Positions 11,873 through 28,446 are shown, counted from the stretch's first letter. The stretch is 64,000 bases of DNA from Sminthopsis crassicaudata (GCF_048593235.1 NC_133622.1:236313198-236377197); one strand, 5' to 3'. Notes: generated by a model from the sequence alone, not told the origin. Numbers and translations: made by a program.

Positions 11873-12291
11873 GGCGGCCGTCTGCAAGGCAAAGCTCGGT
11901 CAGGGCCCGGGACGCGTCGAGTTAAAGGGAGCGGGGCGGGGCCACGGGCGGGGGCGGGGCCGCCCAGGTGCGGCCTGGAAGCTCCTCGCGGCCCGCCCTC
12001 TCCTTTCCCGCATACGTCATCGCCACTTCCGGCGCGCACTTCGGCCCTCGCATCCCGCTCTCCACGTACCGCGCCGCCCGGCTCGCTCGCGCCTGCCTCG
12101 GCTTCCAGAGGTGGGGGGTGCCTCACCGGAGCTCCCCAGTCCCCCCGCTCGCTAGCTCACCCGCGGCCCCCGTGGTCATCTCATACACCGGAACCTCTGG
12201 CTCGGAGCCCGCGTTCCCCCGGACCCGCCGCCCCTTTCCGCTTCCGGTCCGTGCCCTTGGCGCTCCGTCTCGGGCTCGGCGTCCTAGGGAC
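11873..12291. promoter_or_regulatory. KBTBD4/NDUFS3 bidirectional CpG-island promoter
   Basis: Head-to-head ATGs at 11872 and 12292. GC boxes 11930-11960, CRE-like TACGTCAT 12013-12020, ETS/GABP CACTTCCGGC 12024-12033, tandem TTTCCGCTTCCGGT 12235-12248. Confidence 0.85.
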
Positions 12292-16050
<3,759 letters not shown>

Positions 16051-16095
16051 CTTTTAACGAGAGCAGAGCCTGCCTTGTCACTGAATATTTCTGTA

Positions 16096-16101
16096 AATAA
16101 A
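16096..16101 (+). terminator. NDUFS3: NDUFS3 polyadenylation signal
   Basis: AATAAA 45 nt after the TAG. Confidence 0.75.
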
Positions 16102-17092
16102 ATCATACCTGAACCTGCAGCTTCCTCTTCATTGGTGCCCATGAAAACCCGGGGAGCTTTGGGGGTCCTTTGTTCATTCTCTGTGCCCGTGAGATGTGAC
16201 AGGGAGTGTGTCAAAGCTGGAGGTTAGTGGCAGCAGCTTGGGGCGAGCCAGCCGCGCACCTAGTGTCCAACGAGTTCTAGGCAGCTATGGGCCCAGATGA
16301 GATTTGGTTTGTTCTGGAGAAGAGCCAGGGAGGGGACTGGCACTGGCTAGTCAGATCGGATGCCAGAACCCACCCTGGTCCGGGGCTTTGTCTCTGAGGA
16401 CAGAGAAGCCCCAAGTTAGCACTTTGGGCTGGTAAACTGTTTAGTACCAAGGAGAAACATCCTGTCCCACCCATCCTTTCTTTCTTCACAATGTGACAGG
16501 AGCCATTGGCTCCATTTTAGGGAACTGAGCTCCTTTCTGGTCTCGGGGCTTGCCAGACCTCCAGGATGGCACTTTTGAGAGGCCTGCCAGGATTGGGGGG
16601 CAAGGAACCAAGCGTGTGGAGAAGTTGCAGAAAGGGACCGGCCAGCGCAGGGGCACTCTGAACTCTGAACAGCCAAGCTCACCCTCCCGGGTCTCGCCTG
16701 CTAAGGAAGTCCCAGAGCGCTGGCTGTGACACGTAGAATGAGCATGAGAAGTGTGATGGGGTCACCAGAGCCAATCACCAACACCCGGGGGGGGGGGGGG
16801 GGTCATGTTGCAATGATTTGCTACCAAACACCCTGTTTTTATTAGCCGGACGCCCCAGCCAACTGGGCATAAGCCGAGGGAAAAGGCCCTGGACGGCAGG
16901 GAAACGGGGCTCCGACTGCCAGAAAAGCTAATTCCCCCCGTTTGAGGATGCGAAGTGCCCCAGACACCAGGGAGCTTCCAGGCAGCCCCACCCTGCTCTC
17001 CATTGGAGACAGATGGAGAGTGAGGAAGAGCTGCTTCCAGTGGAAAATTGGAGCTGCGGCAAACGGGGGAGCCGGACGGCGTCCTACGTGGC

Positions 17093-18876
17093 ATGGCCCC
17101 GGATCTGCAGCTCTGCAGCTGGCTGTGGGCACTCCTGTACCTCCAGCTCCCTGTGGGGGCTGCGTCCCAATGGCACCCAGGTCAGACCAAGGGATGGGCA
17201 GCAGGATGGCAGGGCCATCTCAGGGGGTGGGGGCCAGGGGGCGGGGAGCAGGGCTGGGTGGGATGAAGTTTGCTCAGTAGTCCCTGTCCCAAACCCCAGA
17301 CAATCCTGGACTTAACAAAGGGAGAACCCTGCAAGTCTCTGGCTCCGGGCCCTGGAGAGGTCTCCCTCAGCCTCAGAGGCTGGAAGGCCTTTGCTGAGCC
17401 TGACAGCTTTCCCTCTGAGGGCCTGAGCCAGGAGATGACCCAAAGGACATCTCGTTGCCTTTGTCTGAGCCAGAGCTTTCAGGCCCTCCTGCCACTAGGG
17501 TACCAAGGGAGTCTGGGACAGTGCTCTCCCCTGTCAGGGGCGTGAGTTGTCTCTCTGTTCCCTGTCCTAGGACTTGCCACGTCCTCCCTACCCAAAGGAT
17601 CCTGCCCTCTGCTTCTCAGTGTTCTCACCTGTAACAAGTGGGGATCGGACTCCATGATCTCGGGACCCTTCCTGGTCCAGACTCCCGATCCTGTGGTCTT
17701 TCAGGGCCCTGAAGCAGGGCAGCTAGTGGGCCAGGATGTCGGGGAGATACCCAGCTCGTTCTACAGACATGCTTAGAGCGAGCGCCGCGGCTAGGGAAAA
17801 GGCCAGGAGGCCCTGAAACTTGTGTCTGGTTCCTCAGGAGGGCCTATGGACAGTGCTGGTGTGGGCGGTGTTCCCCTGGAGCCCGAGCAGCCGGACCTGA
17901 TGTTTGAGGTCGCTGACCAAGGCCAGGACTTGCTGCCTGGGGATGGCGTGGGTTGAGGAAGGAGCTTAATTAAGGCTCAACATGGGTGGGGAGAATCCCA
18001 GGGGTCCCTGAACCATGAGAGCCCCTAAGTCCTGGGAGATCTCATCCTACCCCGGGAGTCTCTAAGCCCTGGGAGACCTTACGTGTCCAAGGGTTCCCAA
18101 GTCCTGGGAGACCTCACCTGGCCCGGGGGTCTCTCAGCCTTGGGAGACCACATGTGCCCAGCAGTTCCTGAGCCCTGGGAGAGCCCTGCTCTGCTTAGGG
18201 AATCCCTAAATCCTAGGAGACCTCACCCTGCCCTGGGGGTCCCAGAGCCCTGGGAGAGTCTTGTTCTGTCCAGGTCTCTAATTCAAGTTTCTGTCCCGAG
18301 TCCCAGCTGACCTATAACTCCTCCTAGACGAAGCCCTGCCCCCCCTGTTTCCCAAGACCTGCTTGGACCTCGTTTCAGTCCTGGCACTAGGGCCCCATTT
18401 GCCCCTGACCAGTCCGTCTCCTTGACTTCTCCTCTGGCTCCCTGTCCTCCCCTGAAATCCCACTTTCTCTTTAGTTCCTGTGGTCGGGACTGGAGCTGGA
18501 CGCCCTGGGACAGCTCCACCTCCAGGATGAGGAGCTGGCATCGACGCGCCCCGGCCGCCGGCTCGGCCTCTCCCTGCAGCAATGGGTCCCCAGCACCTTG
18601 GCGGGCACCGAGCAGCGGCTGGGGCACTGGCACCAGGCCGCTCCCCTGAGCCCTGCAGACTTCCAGCGGCTGCTGCTGACCGGTGTGGCCTGTGTCTACC
18701 GCCTCCATGCCGCCGGCGAGGACGAAGAGAGGGCTCGTTGGGCCCAGCTCTTTTCTCTTGTGGCCCAGGAAGTGCTCCAGGACCTGTGCAAGGGCCACTG
18801 CCCTCGGGGCCAGACCCCCTTGCTGAGTCCTTGGGCCTTCCCTGGTGACCCACCCCAACAACGCTCCAGCCCCTGA
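17093..18876 (+). CDS. FAM180B: Secreted protein FAM180B (186 aa)
   Basis: join(17093..17180,17838..17908,18475..18876) = 561 nt, GT-AG, phases 1 and 0. Signal-peptide-like MAPDLQLCSWLWALLYLQLPVGAA, then PMDS..LMFE, LWSGLELDALGQLHLQDEELASTRPGRRL, LLLTGVACVYRLHAA, DLCKGHCP, matching the FAM180 family. Exon 1 is the least certain part. Confidence 0.88.
18018..18265 (+). repeat. Degenerate ~36-bp minisatellite (7 copies) in FAM180B intron 2
   Basis: Core CCTGGGAGA or a one-mismatch variant at 18031, 18068, 18103, 18139, 18174, 18212, 18249. Confidence 0.75.
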
Positions 18877-19467
18877 GCTCTGGCACGGGGCATCCTCTGC
18901 TTCCTTCCAGCTCACTCTCCCCGGCCCCTCCTGGGGGGCTCAGCTTCTCTCTCCGCTTTTGTCCCTTTCTGAGACCCGTAGTCCCAGGAAGCCCGGGGGA
19001 GTCACTGGGCCACTCAGGCTTGGCCTCCTCACTTGTAAAGTGAGAATTCTAGTGTGCCTTTCAGCCCTAATCCTGGTGTGGGTGTAAATATAGATACAGA
19101 GACATGTACGTGTGTGTATATATATATATATGTATAAAACCACTTGCACACATAAACATGTCTATATCGTATGCATGTATATGTACATGTACATGTGTAT
19201 ACACACACATATTATTTCTACGTATGGAGGGATCCCAGAAATGAAAGGAGCAGTCCCACCCAAGAGCCATTACAGATAGATCAGGAAATATGGTGACCCC
19301 ACCTAGAGGGAGTCATTAGGAATCCTCAGAGGGACCCGGCCTACGGGCAGAGGTAGGGATAGAAAAAGAAACTTCTCCCGGCCCTCAACTTGACCCTGAC
19401 CTTCAGTTCTTCAGGTCCGCCATAAGCCCAACTCCCAATCCCGTAACTTACTGAAAAAATGTTCAGC

Positions 19468-19473
19468 AATAAA
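19468..19473 (+). terminator. FAM180B: FAM180B polyadenylation signal candidate
   Basis: First AATAAA after the stop, about 590 nt downstream. Confidence 0.55.
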
Positions 19474-20640
19474 ATGAAGTGAAGAGGTTTGGAGGAAGGA
19501 GCCAGGAAGGAGTACGGGGGGACAATGAGGGGGACAGTGCTCGGGCTATCCCTGCCATCTTAACCGGAGACCAGCCCGCCCCCATGGGAGAGCCAAGGGC
19601 CAGGAATAACAGGTCAAGGCACTCTCTTCTTGTGGCTCAGCTGGCTACTGCAAAGTCCTGGGATAGCACACAGAGGTCAGACGAGGCCCTCCTTTCCACC
19701 CACCCACTGCTAAGGAGGCAGGAACGTAATGTTGGTGGGGGAGGAAGGGGCTGGTTCCTTTCAAGAATCTCAGGTGGGACATGAGCATTGGGAGGAGCAG
19801 AAAATGGCCCAGTGGGATCTCCCAGCCTGCCCCCTCCTTCCTGCCCCCAGACTCCCTGCGTCCCAGGCGCCAGAGCCACCCTGACCGTCTGTGCCAATCT
19901 TGCCCTAAAACACTGCCCATCTGCTCCCTGGGGACGGTCTGCTGGGGCCACGGGTGACGTCCTTTTCTCCCCTCGCTGGTTCATCCATGTCAGAACAAGC
20001 CAGACATGGGGAGGCTCGCCTCCTCCCTGGCCGTGACAAGGAATTAGGGTGGGCCCCAGGTTGGACCGTGGGTTCCTGAGGGGCCTCAACAACGTGGAAG
20101 GAGGGTGGGGCCCATGCTCACATGGGGTTAGCTAAGGAGATTCACCAAGGAGAGTCTGATGAGCAGTAAGGGGGGGGAGAGGTCTGGAGGGGAGTCAGGT
20201 GACAGGAGCCTCTGTCTGGGGAGAGGGCATGATCCCCCCAGGGAATCATGGGGAAGTCTGACTCTCAAGGGTTAAAACCAAAATCGAGGCAGACGGGAAG
20301 AAAAGATGGGCCCAGGGGCAGAGGGAAGGAGGAGTCCTACCAGCATCACTACTCCTTTTCTTCTGTCAGGGACTGCCCAGTCCAGGCCTCTGGCCTCCAG
20401 AACCAGGGTTCTCCCCTCCCCGAGTGAGCATCTCTTTCCCTCTCCAAGGCCCCAGAGAAGAGTCTGGTTTTTTCAGGCTGTGTCCAGCACCATTCCCGGC
20501 GCTTAATAAATGCTTGTTGAAGTGATTTTCCCGAATCTTGGTGTTGCCTTCTTCCCCTTCCCCTTCCCCATCCCTCCCATGCTGGGCGGTGGAACCGGAG
20601 AGAGTCATGGCTTGGCTCTTGGACTCCTCGGGAGCCCCAC

Positions 20641-20646
20641 TTTATT
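20641..20646 (-). terminator. C1QTNF4: C1QTNF4 polyadenylation signal candidate
   Basis: TTTATT on + about 180 nt past the stop. Confidence 0.6.
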
Positions 20647-20826
20647 GGCCCAGACACTGTCCGGTCGGTTCCCGCAGCACCTGCGGCCTTCACGCTCGCC
20701 CGGAAGGCGGACGGAGCAGTTGGGCCTCACCCCCACCCACCCTGGAGCCTGACCCGGCCGTCCACGCATGCACCCCTCCCCCTCCCGTCCCCGGCAACGT
20801 CCACCGTGCCCAAGCGGCCCCTCAGC

Positions 20827-21813
20827 TCAGGGGCCCGCCGCGCCGTCAGGGTAGACCAGGAAGCCGGTGAAGGTGATGTACTTGCCGTGGTTGCTGTAGG
20901 CCCCGTAGCCCTCGTGTTGGTGACTCTGCAGCCAGACGGTGTCCCCCGGCTTCAGGGCCAGCATCACGCTCTGGCTCTGCATCTCGCGCCTCCGCGAGGG
21001 GCTGTCGTCGTAAATCATGGCCTGGACCTCGTCGCGGTTCTTCATCAGCTTCACCGACAGCATCTTGTGGGGCATCTTGCCGATGGTGAAGGAGAAGTAG
21101 TAGGCGCCGGGCAGGCGGCAGCGGAAGAGCCCGGCCGCCGCGTCGAAGTCCCCTCCGATGTTGACGAACTCCGTGTCAAAGGTCAGCGGCCGGTGGCGGA
21201 CGGCCGGCGCTTCGTCGATGCCCACCAGGCTCTCGGAGCGCGCGGCCGAGAAGGCGGAGCGGGGGTCGGGCTCGGCGGCCCCGGGGAGCTGGCCCGCCGG
21301 GCCCTGCCGGCTGTGGAAGTAGGAGGAGGTGTCCGGGTAGATGAGGTAGCCGCTGAAGGTGGTGCAGGGCCCGGCCGCGGAGCCGTAGAGGGCGTACTGG
21401 GGGTCCCCGTGGAGACGCAGCCAGACCGTGTCCCCGTAGTCCAGCTGGAGCATGGCGCTCTGGCTGGCCGCCTTGCGCTCGGGCCGCTGCTGCTCGTCGA
21501 AGGCCAGGGCTTGCACCTCATTCCTGTTCCTCACCAGCATCACCGAGAGGCTCTTCTGGGGGTACTTGCCCACGGTGAAGGAGAAGTAGTAGGCCCCTGG
21601 GACTCGGCAGCGGAACGTGCCTGTGGCGGGGTCGAAGTCGCCTCCGATGTTAACGTAGACCTTGTCGAAGGTCACCGCCATCTCCGTGGTGCCCTCCAGG
21701 CTGCTGGTCCGGGCCACGGAGAAGGCCGAGCGCAGCTCGGAACCCGAACCCAGCGCCCAGCAGGCCACGGGGCCAAGCAGGCTCAGCAGAAACCCCGCGG
21801 TCAGCAGCGCCAT
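20827..21813 (-). CDS. C1QTNF4: Complement C1q/TNF-related protein 4 (328 aa; signal peptide plus two tandem C1q domains)
   Basis: Single coding exon, with acceptor CTTGCAG| 5 nt before the ATG. Motifs [35 protein letters not shown] and [36 protein letters not shown]. Confidence 0.96.
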   Translation of the reverse strand: MALLTAGFLLSLLGPVACWALGSGSELRSAFSVARTSSLEGTTEMAVTFDKVYVNIGGDFDPATGTFRCRVPGAYYFSFTVGKYPQKSLSVMLVRNRNEVQALAFDEQQRPERKAASQSAMLQLDYGDTVWLRLHGDPQYALYGSAAGPCTTFSGYLIYPDTSSYFHSRQGPAGQLPGAAEPDPRSAFSAARSESLVGIDEAPAVRHRPLTFDTEFVNIGGDFDAAAGLFRCRLPGAYYFSFTIGKMPHKMLSVKLMKNRDEVQAMIYDDSPSRRREMQSQSVMLALKPGDTVWLQSHQHEGYGAYSNHGKYITFTGFLVYPDGAAGP

Positions 21814-23879
21814 GGCCCCTGCAAGGGAAGCGGAGGGAGGGGTCCATTGAAGGCAAGCCCAGGTCCCATGCAGGTCCTTCAGGGAGGTCTGGCCAGCTTG
21901 GCTTTGAGGGAAAGGCAGAGTGGCCCTCCAATCTGGGCCAGCCTTGGGACTAGTGCTGGGGGAGGGAGTGCTAGGAGGGGCTGCTGGAGAAGGGAAAAAC
22001 AACTAGACTTGGAATAGGTGGGAGGAGATGTAGAAGCAGTCCTCCCCTGGGCTGGGGAACTCATCTGTAAAATGAGCGCTTTCCACTAGATTACTTCTCG
22101 AATCCCTTCCCACTCAGAATCGGTGATGTCATCCCCTGTGAACAGGACTGGTGGGTAATAAGACTGTTCAGCCCACCTCCACCCCAATCCTGGCTCACAT
22201 GGACTTGGTGCCTTATTGGCAGCCCAGGACCCAGTTCTCGATTTAAAAACCGTCATCCCCTCTAAAGTCTGAACTTGCTGAGACCCTGAGATACAAAGGC
22301 CGGAGAAGCCGCTGCCCCGCCAAAAGGAGTGATTTCTGGAATTTGTTCAATGGAGGAGCCCCTCAGATTGGACCACTTCAACTGACCTACTTAAAAATCA
22401 GCCCTGACTAAGAGAGAAAATCCAAGAGGATCCCAGAGAGTAGACATAATATGGACCCCCGGGATCCTGCTTGTCCTATATACACTGTACATACATGCCT
22501 GTAGTATACAGAGCAAGACATTCTGGGTAATGGACCTTGTAACCTGGGAGGAAGGCTGGCGAGAACTCCAAGAATCACGCTTTGGGGGTGAGAGTGGACC
22601 GTGTCTTTTGTCACACTGTGCAGGAAGTCACTGTGTAGAGGCTGCTCTGGGCTTTATTCTGGAACCCGGGGCTGGGGGCCAGCTCTGTGCTTGCCTGTAA
22701 TCAGGCCCTTCTCTCTGGTTCCTAAGAAAGTTCAAAGGCCCAACAGGAGCGGAGTGGGACCTGGGAAGAGGCTACAGTTGAGAACCTATCAAGAGCCCAT
22801 GGAAAGAGAGCCCCAAGCCCTGAGCAGAGGGCAGCTGGTCCACAGCCCTGATCTGTCCCTAATCTCTGCCACTTGGATTCCTGCCTCTGCCCCTGAGGAG
22901 CCTTGACAGGTCTCCTCCCATCACTCCTCCCTTCAGCCTCCATCATTTGCACAGGCCGCTCATTCCTCCCCTTCCAGAGGGCCCCCCCCAGTTCCCTTCT
23001 TGGCCCATCCGGGACCCTCTCCCCCATCCTTCCCCCACTGCTTACTCTGCTTCTGCCCAGTCCAGCCCCAGATGAAGAGAAATGTTGTCACTTAGAAATT
23101 CCAGGGAGGATGGAGCTGGAGCAAACCCCAGAAGCTGTCGATTCAGACTCAGTTTCTCCTTTTGCACACTGAGGGAAGACAGGTGGATCCCAGCGTCGGA
23201 TGGGAAGCGGCCAGAGTGGTGGGACCCTTTGTAAAAACAAAGAAACAGACAAAAATCCCCCAAACTCAAGTTTCACCCAAAGGAACAGGGAAACTGCTCA
23301 GCTCTGCCCAAGCCCTCCCGGCTCTATTTTTAGAGGCTTCTGAGTGGGTAGAACCTTGCAGATCAGACAGTCCAGCTCTTCATTTTATAAATGTGGAAGT
23401 GGGAAGGGAGGGAAATGACCTGTCCAAGGTAACTCGACTGGCTAGCGGCAAAGCCAGGCCTAGAATAAGCGGGTCCCCTGCGCTCCGGCTTCTTCCGGGT
23501 CTCCCTTTTCACCTCCCCCACGTCCCAGGCTCCCGGCACCCTCTTCCCTTGTCCATGCTGCAGCTGGCTGCAGACCCTTCTCCTCCTCCATCCTGGTGGC
23601 TTCTGGCGGAGGGGATGGGGGAGGGGGATGTGGAGGGGGTGCCATCACTCTCCTGCTGCCCTTGGCCTCCCCGCGGGCCAGCATTTCCACTCCCGAATTC
23701 GGAGCCCCCCCCCCGCCCCCCGCAGATGGGAGGCAGCACTGCCGGGGCTTAAAGGCTGCTCCCTCCCCTCGCCAGGGGGGCCTGAAATAATAAAGGAGCG
23801 AAAACTGGGACAGGGAACGAGAGCAGCGCGGGGGGCAGCGGCAGCGAACGGCAAAGGCGGCGGGCTCCGGCGGGAGAAA

Positions 23880-24403
23880 GCATCGCCCCCAAGTGTGGCC
23901 CCGGGCCCCGCTCGGACCCAGCCCCCCTCCGGCAGGGGTGCCCCCCGCGCCCCCCCCGCGGGACCTGCCGCCTCCCGCTCCCCGTGCGCGCACCCTGGAT
24001 GCGCCCCCGGCCCAGGAACAGCCCCCCCAGGGCGGAGCCCCCCGGGGAGAGGACCCTGCCCTCCCCTCCCGCGCCCGCACCTTCCGCCCGCCAAAAGCCC
24101 TCGTCCCCTCCGCGGGCCGGGCAAGGGCTGGAAGGAAGCTCACCTGGCCGAGCCGGCTCCGCGCTGCGCACTGCCAGCCGGGACGGCGCCGAGGACAGCG
24201 CGAGCGGCCGAGCGCGCTGCGGTGCCTGCCGACTGCGGGCGGCCCAGCGGGGAGCCGAGGGGCGGGGGCCGCAGGGCGCGCGGGAGGGGGAGCGCGGGGG
24301 GCGCTCGGGGCGGGGGGCCGGGACAGATGGAGGGAGGGAGGGAGGAGAGGGGGCGCGACCGCAGGTGGGCGAGGAAGGGAAATGAAGGAGAGGCTGCAAA
24401 GGA
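23880..24403 (-). promoter_or_regulatory. C1QTNF4: C1QTNF4 CpG island and putative non-coding exon 1
   Basis: CpG-rich. Strong minus-strand donor CCAG|GTGAGC with the exon ending at 24144, giving a ~2.3-kb intron to the acceptor at 21819. The upstream part runs into an assembly gap. Confidence 0.6.
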
Positions 24404-25120
24404 NNNNNNNNNNNNNNNNNNNNNNNNNNNNNNNNNNNNNNNNNNNNNNNNNNNNNNNNNNNNNNNNNNNNNNNNNNNNNNNNNNNNNNNNNNNNNNNNN
24501 NNNNNNNNNNNNNNNNNNNNNNNNNNNNNNNNNNNNNNNNNNNNNNNNNNNNNNNNNNNNNNNNNNNNNNNNNNNNNNNNNNNNNNNNNNNNNNNNNNNN
24601 NNNNNNNNNNNNNNNNNNNNNNNNNNNNNNNNNNNNNNNNNNNNNNNNNNNNNNNNNNNNNNNNNNNNNNNNNNNNNNNNNNNNNNNNNNNNNNNNNNNN
24701 NNNNNNNNNNNNNNNNNNNNNNNNNNNNNNNNNNNNNNNNNNNNNNNNNNNNNNNNNNNNNNNNNNNNNNNNNNNNNNNNNNNNNNNNNNNNNNNNNNNN
24801 NNNNNNNNNNNNNNNNNNNNNNNNNNNNNNNNNNNNNNNNNNNNNNNNNNNNNNNNNNNNNNNNNNNNNNNNNNNNNNNNNNNNNNNNNNNNNNNNNNNN
24901 NNNNNNNNNNNNNNNNNNNNNNNNNNNNNNNNNNNNNNNNNNNNNNNNNNNNNNNNNNNNNNNNNNNNNNNNNNNNNNNNNNNNNNNNNNNNNNNNNNNN
25001 NNNNNNNNNNNNNNNNNNNNNNNNNNNNNNNNNNNNNNNNNNNNNNNNNNNNNNNNNNNNNNNNNNNNNNNNNNNNNNNNNNNNNNNNNNNNNNNNNNNN
25101 NNNNNNNNNNNNNNNNNNNN
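24404..25120. other. Assembly gap (717 N)
   Basis: Run of N. Confidence 1.
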
Positions 25121-26079
25121 TGCTCCCTCAATGTTTATTGAATGAATGAAGCAGCCCCTGCATCCTTGACATGGCTCTGTTGGGATCTCTTTGGACCTGT
25201 CTGGGGGGGGGGGGGGGCACAGGCCCCCTCAAGGCTGCTCTAGAAATGTTACTGTGCCCCTTGCCAGCAAAAAGGGGGATGAGAGTCATTGTCCAAACAC
25301 ATGCCTAAGAGGAAGGGAGGTGGGCTGGCCCTTTGGTGAGGGCGAGGACCACAGACACCCGCTGAGCTGCCCAGGGGCCCAGTGGTACCAGGAAGGAATG
25401 CCAGAGTCCCCGGGGCCTTCCCTTCTTCTTAAAGGCATAGGGCATGTGTGGGGACAAATACCAAGAACCTTAGAGAGGCGGCTGGGGAGTCAGCTGGGAG
25501 GGTCCTGGGGGCTTCAGGAGACAAAGATTTAGGGCAACACTTTGGGTTATGGTTTCTTCCTTGAACTTGCTGGATCATGACAATCTCCCTCCAAAGAACG
25601 ATTTCCCATCCCACCCCACCCCAGAAACTTTCATTGACATTACCAAGGAATTCTGGGTGCTCTCAGGACCAGCTTCAGGTGAGAACCTTCCTATCTGGAT
25701 GAACACAGGGCAGGCCATGGATTTTTCAGCCACCTCAGCTTCTACTAAATCATAAAAGAGTTGCAATCTGCGTTGGTGGACAATGCCCACATGGACCAAA
25801 CTCAGATCGGAAGTACGGAAATCATAAGGAAATTGAAGGTGGAGGGATGGAGTACCTTGCCAAAGGTCAAAGCGAGATAAGGGGCTCAGCTGAAACTCAG
25901 TTCTCCTGGACAAGGGTAAGATCCATTGAAGGCTCAAGTCTTGGGCAAAGAAGCTCTTGGGTGGAGAGGGGCAGAGAAAGAGGGCAGCAGATCTGAGAGA
26001 ATAGGAAAAGAAAGGTTGCCATGGCTTAAACCCCACAGCATCACAGCGTCCGGTCCCTCACCCTGCTCCTAACCTTGGT

Positions 26080-26760
26080 ATCATCCTCAACCCCTGACTT
26101 GCCCTCAGGCCACGGATCCAACAGCATCTTTCCTCTCTATCCCCTTTTCTTCTCTCAGTGGTCACTCTGGTGCAGCCCCTCATTCCCTCACCTCCCAATG
26201 TTTTGCAATAGCTCTCTGCCTCGAGTCTCCTCTCCCTCTGATCCATCTTCCGTCTGGCCGCCAGGTCTGGTCATGTCACATCCCACCACCAACATCCCTG
26301 CTCCTCATTCAAAAAATTGCACTAGGTCCTATTATCTCCCAGCTCAAATAGAAAATGTCTGGCCCTTCACAATCTGACCCCTTTCTCTCTTTCTCCTTCC
26401 TTCTCTAATCTAGCTGTAATGTTCTTTGAATATAACATTTCATCTCCTTCCTGACTGTTCACTGCCTGTCTCACTGGAATTTTTCCTTCCTTCCCTCCAT
26501 CTCCTAGCTTCACTTTCTACTCTTTCTACTTCCCACTTTCTATAGTCTCCTCTCTAGCCCCACAATGCCTTGCCTCTGACATGCTCTCTCATTGGCATAA
26601 CATAGATCCTGAATGCACTTTGTCTCCCCAAATTAGAATGTGAGCTTCTTGAGGGCAGGGGGTGTATTTTCTTCCTAGTTTTAGTTTGTAGCCTCAGGGC
26701 TTAGAACAGTGTCTGGCCACATAGTTAAATGCTCATTTAATATTTCTTCCTCACTAATCT
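26080..26760 (-). mobile_element. Ancient LINE-2 fragment
   Basis: Pyrimidine-rich L2-like text ending in typical L2 3' motifs (TGTGAGCTTCTTGAGGGCAGGG, ACATAGTTAAATGCTCATTTAATA). Confidence 0.55.
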
Positions 26761-26889
26761 GAAGAGGTGCAGACAGATTAAGATGGGGCAAAAGAGAAAC
26801 TTCTTGGCCACATGAGGGGGGTTCATCCTGGATTTCTCTATAGGAGAGAGAGACAGAGACCAACAGAGAAACAGATGGAGACACACACA

Positions 26890-27240
26890 NNNNNNNNNNN
26901 NNNNNNNNNNNNNNNNNNNNNNNNNNNNNNNNNNNNNNNNNNNNNNNNNNNNNNNNNNNNNNNNNNNNNNNNNNNNNNNNNNNNNNNNNNNNNNNNNNNN
27001 NNNNNNNNNNNNNNNNNNNNNNNNNNNNNNNNNNNNNNNNNNNNNNNNNNNNNNNNNNNNNNNNNNNNNNNNNNNNNNNNNNNNNNNNNNNNNNNNNNNN
27101 NNNNNNNNNNNNNNNNNNNNNNNNNNNNNNNNNNNNNNNNNNNNNNNNNNNNNNNNNNNNNNNNNNNNNNNNNNNNNNNNNNNNNNNNNNNNNNNNNNNN
27201 NNNNNNNNNNNNNNNNNNNNNNNNNNNNNNNNNNNNNNNN
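26890..27240. other. Assembly gap (351 N) next to a (CA)n repeat
   Basis: Run of N preceded by ACACACACA. Confidence 1.
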
Positions 27241-27961
27241 AGCAGGGTTCAAAGCAAGATAGAATTAAGTAATAAGGCTATTTACAAATAAAAAGAAGAA
27301 TTTTAGGGGAAGAGGTAAGTAGGAAAAAAAGAGAGAGACAGACATAACTATAGACAGTTGCCCTATAGAAGCTGGAGGTTTTAGGAGTTAAGTAAGAAAC
27401 AAATGACAAAAAGTTACACTTAGATAATCTCTGTTGGAAAGGATCTTAGAAATAATTGATTCCAACCTCTCATGGGCTCCCTGCAGGAATTCTCTCTATG
27501 GGATCTCTGAAAGGAGGGGGAGGTTTGGTTACTTAGGCTCTGCCCAAATAGCTTTTTTGATGGAAGCTGGAGGAGATGGATGATGGAGACAAGGATAGGG
27601 AGGGTCAGCACTCAGTGGAAAGGTTGGAGTCCCTCCAAACAGTATAATTAAATCCCAGCAGGATCCTGCCTTGGGGTTCTGAGCCATGTGGTCCTTTTTC
27701 TTCTCTACAACAATGAGTTTCTCCAGGGAAAGGAAATCAGGACAGAAGGGAATGGGTCAAGGGCGAGAGGATTTTCAGTTATGGAATATACTGGGACTTC
27801 TGGAGTGTGAAAGTGCCAGGTCAGGGGAGGGCAGTTAAAACCTAAGGGATTCCATCCTGTCTCTTACAACAGATTGTTCCCTCTGGCATTGCTATTCTCT
27901 CACTTCTTTTTAATGTCTGTCTACGAATTTGCTCATGTGACTTCTCTTCCTCAAAAAAACA

Positions 27962-27962
<1 letters not shown>

Positions 27963-28006
<44 letters not shown>
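27963..28006 (+). repeat. (AAC)n microsatellite
   Basis: About 14 perfect units. Confidence 0.95.
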
Positions 28007-28209
28007 AAAACAAAACCCTTACCCTATTCTTCCCTGCTAACTATCGTCCTAGATCTGTTCTGCTCTTTGTGGCTGAATTCCTTAAAAAGACTGTTCACAC
28101 TTGTGATGGAGAGAGCCATCTACATGCTGAGAAAGGTCTGTGGGCTCTGAATGTGGATCACAACATAATATTTACATCTTTTTGTTGTTGACTGCTTGCT
28201 TCCCTCCCC

Positions 28210-28446
28210 TTTTTGATCTTTTTTTTTCCCCTTGTGTAGCATGATAACTGTGGGAATAGGTCTATAGAAGAACTGCACATGTTTCATCTATATTGGATCA
28301 CGTGCTGTCTAGGGGAGGGGGTTGGAGGAAGGGAGGGAGAACAATTTGGAACCCAAGGTTTTGCAAGGGTGAATGTTGAGAATTATCTTTGAATGTATTT
28401 TGAAAATTAAAAAAATAAAAAATTTAAATTATTAAAAAAAAAAAAA
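28210..28446 (+). mobile_element. Marsupial LINE-1 3' end with A-tail
   Basis: GGAAGGGAGGGAGAACAATTTGGAACCCAAGGTTTTGCAAGGGTGAATGTTGA..TATTTTGAAAATT plus A-tail. Antisense copies of the same 3' end lie at 53190-53370 and 61395-61545. Confidence 0.7.

Noticed and set aside
18018-18265. CRISPR-like repeat-spacer pattern
   Set aside because: Eukaryotic intron, no cas genes, repeats are degenerate and spacers resemble each other; it is a minisatellite.
21814-22002. N-terminal extension of C1QTNF4 in the ORF track
   Set aside because: Lies upstream of a good acceptor at 21819, so it is intronic; the signal peptide starts at ATG 21813.
20806-22017. 403-aa plus-strand ORF
   Set aside because: Antisense shadow of the GC-rich C1QTNF4 CDS.
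23628-25149. 400-500 aa ORFs
   Set aside because: Artefacts of translating through the N gap.
25549-26036. ORFs and donor-like sites between C1QTNF4 and MTCH2
   Set aside because: No recognisable protein similarity or coherent exon chain; cannot be supported without expression data.
26737-27291. ORFs of 159-171 aa
   Set aside because: They span the second N gap.
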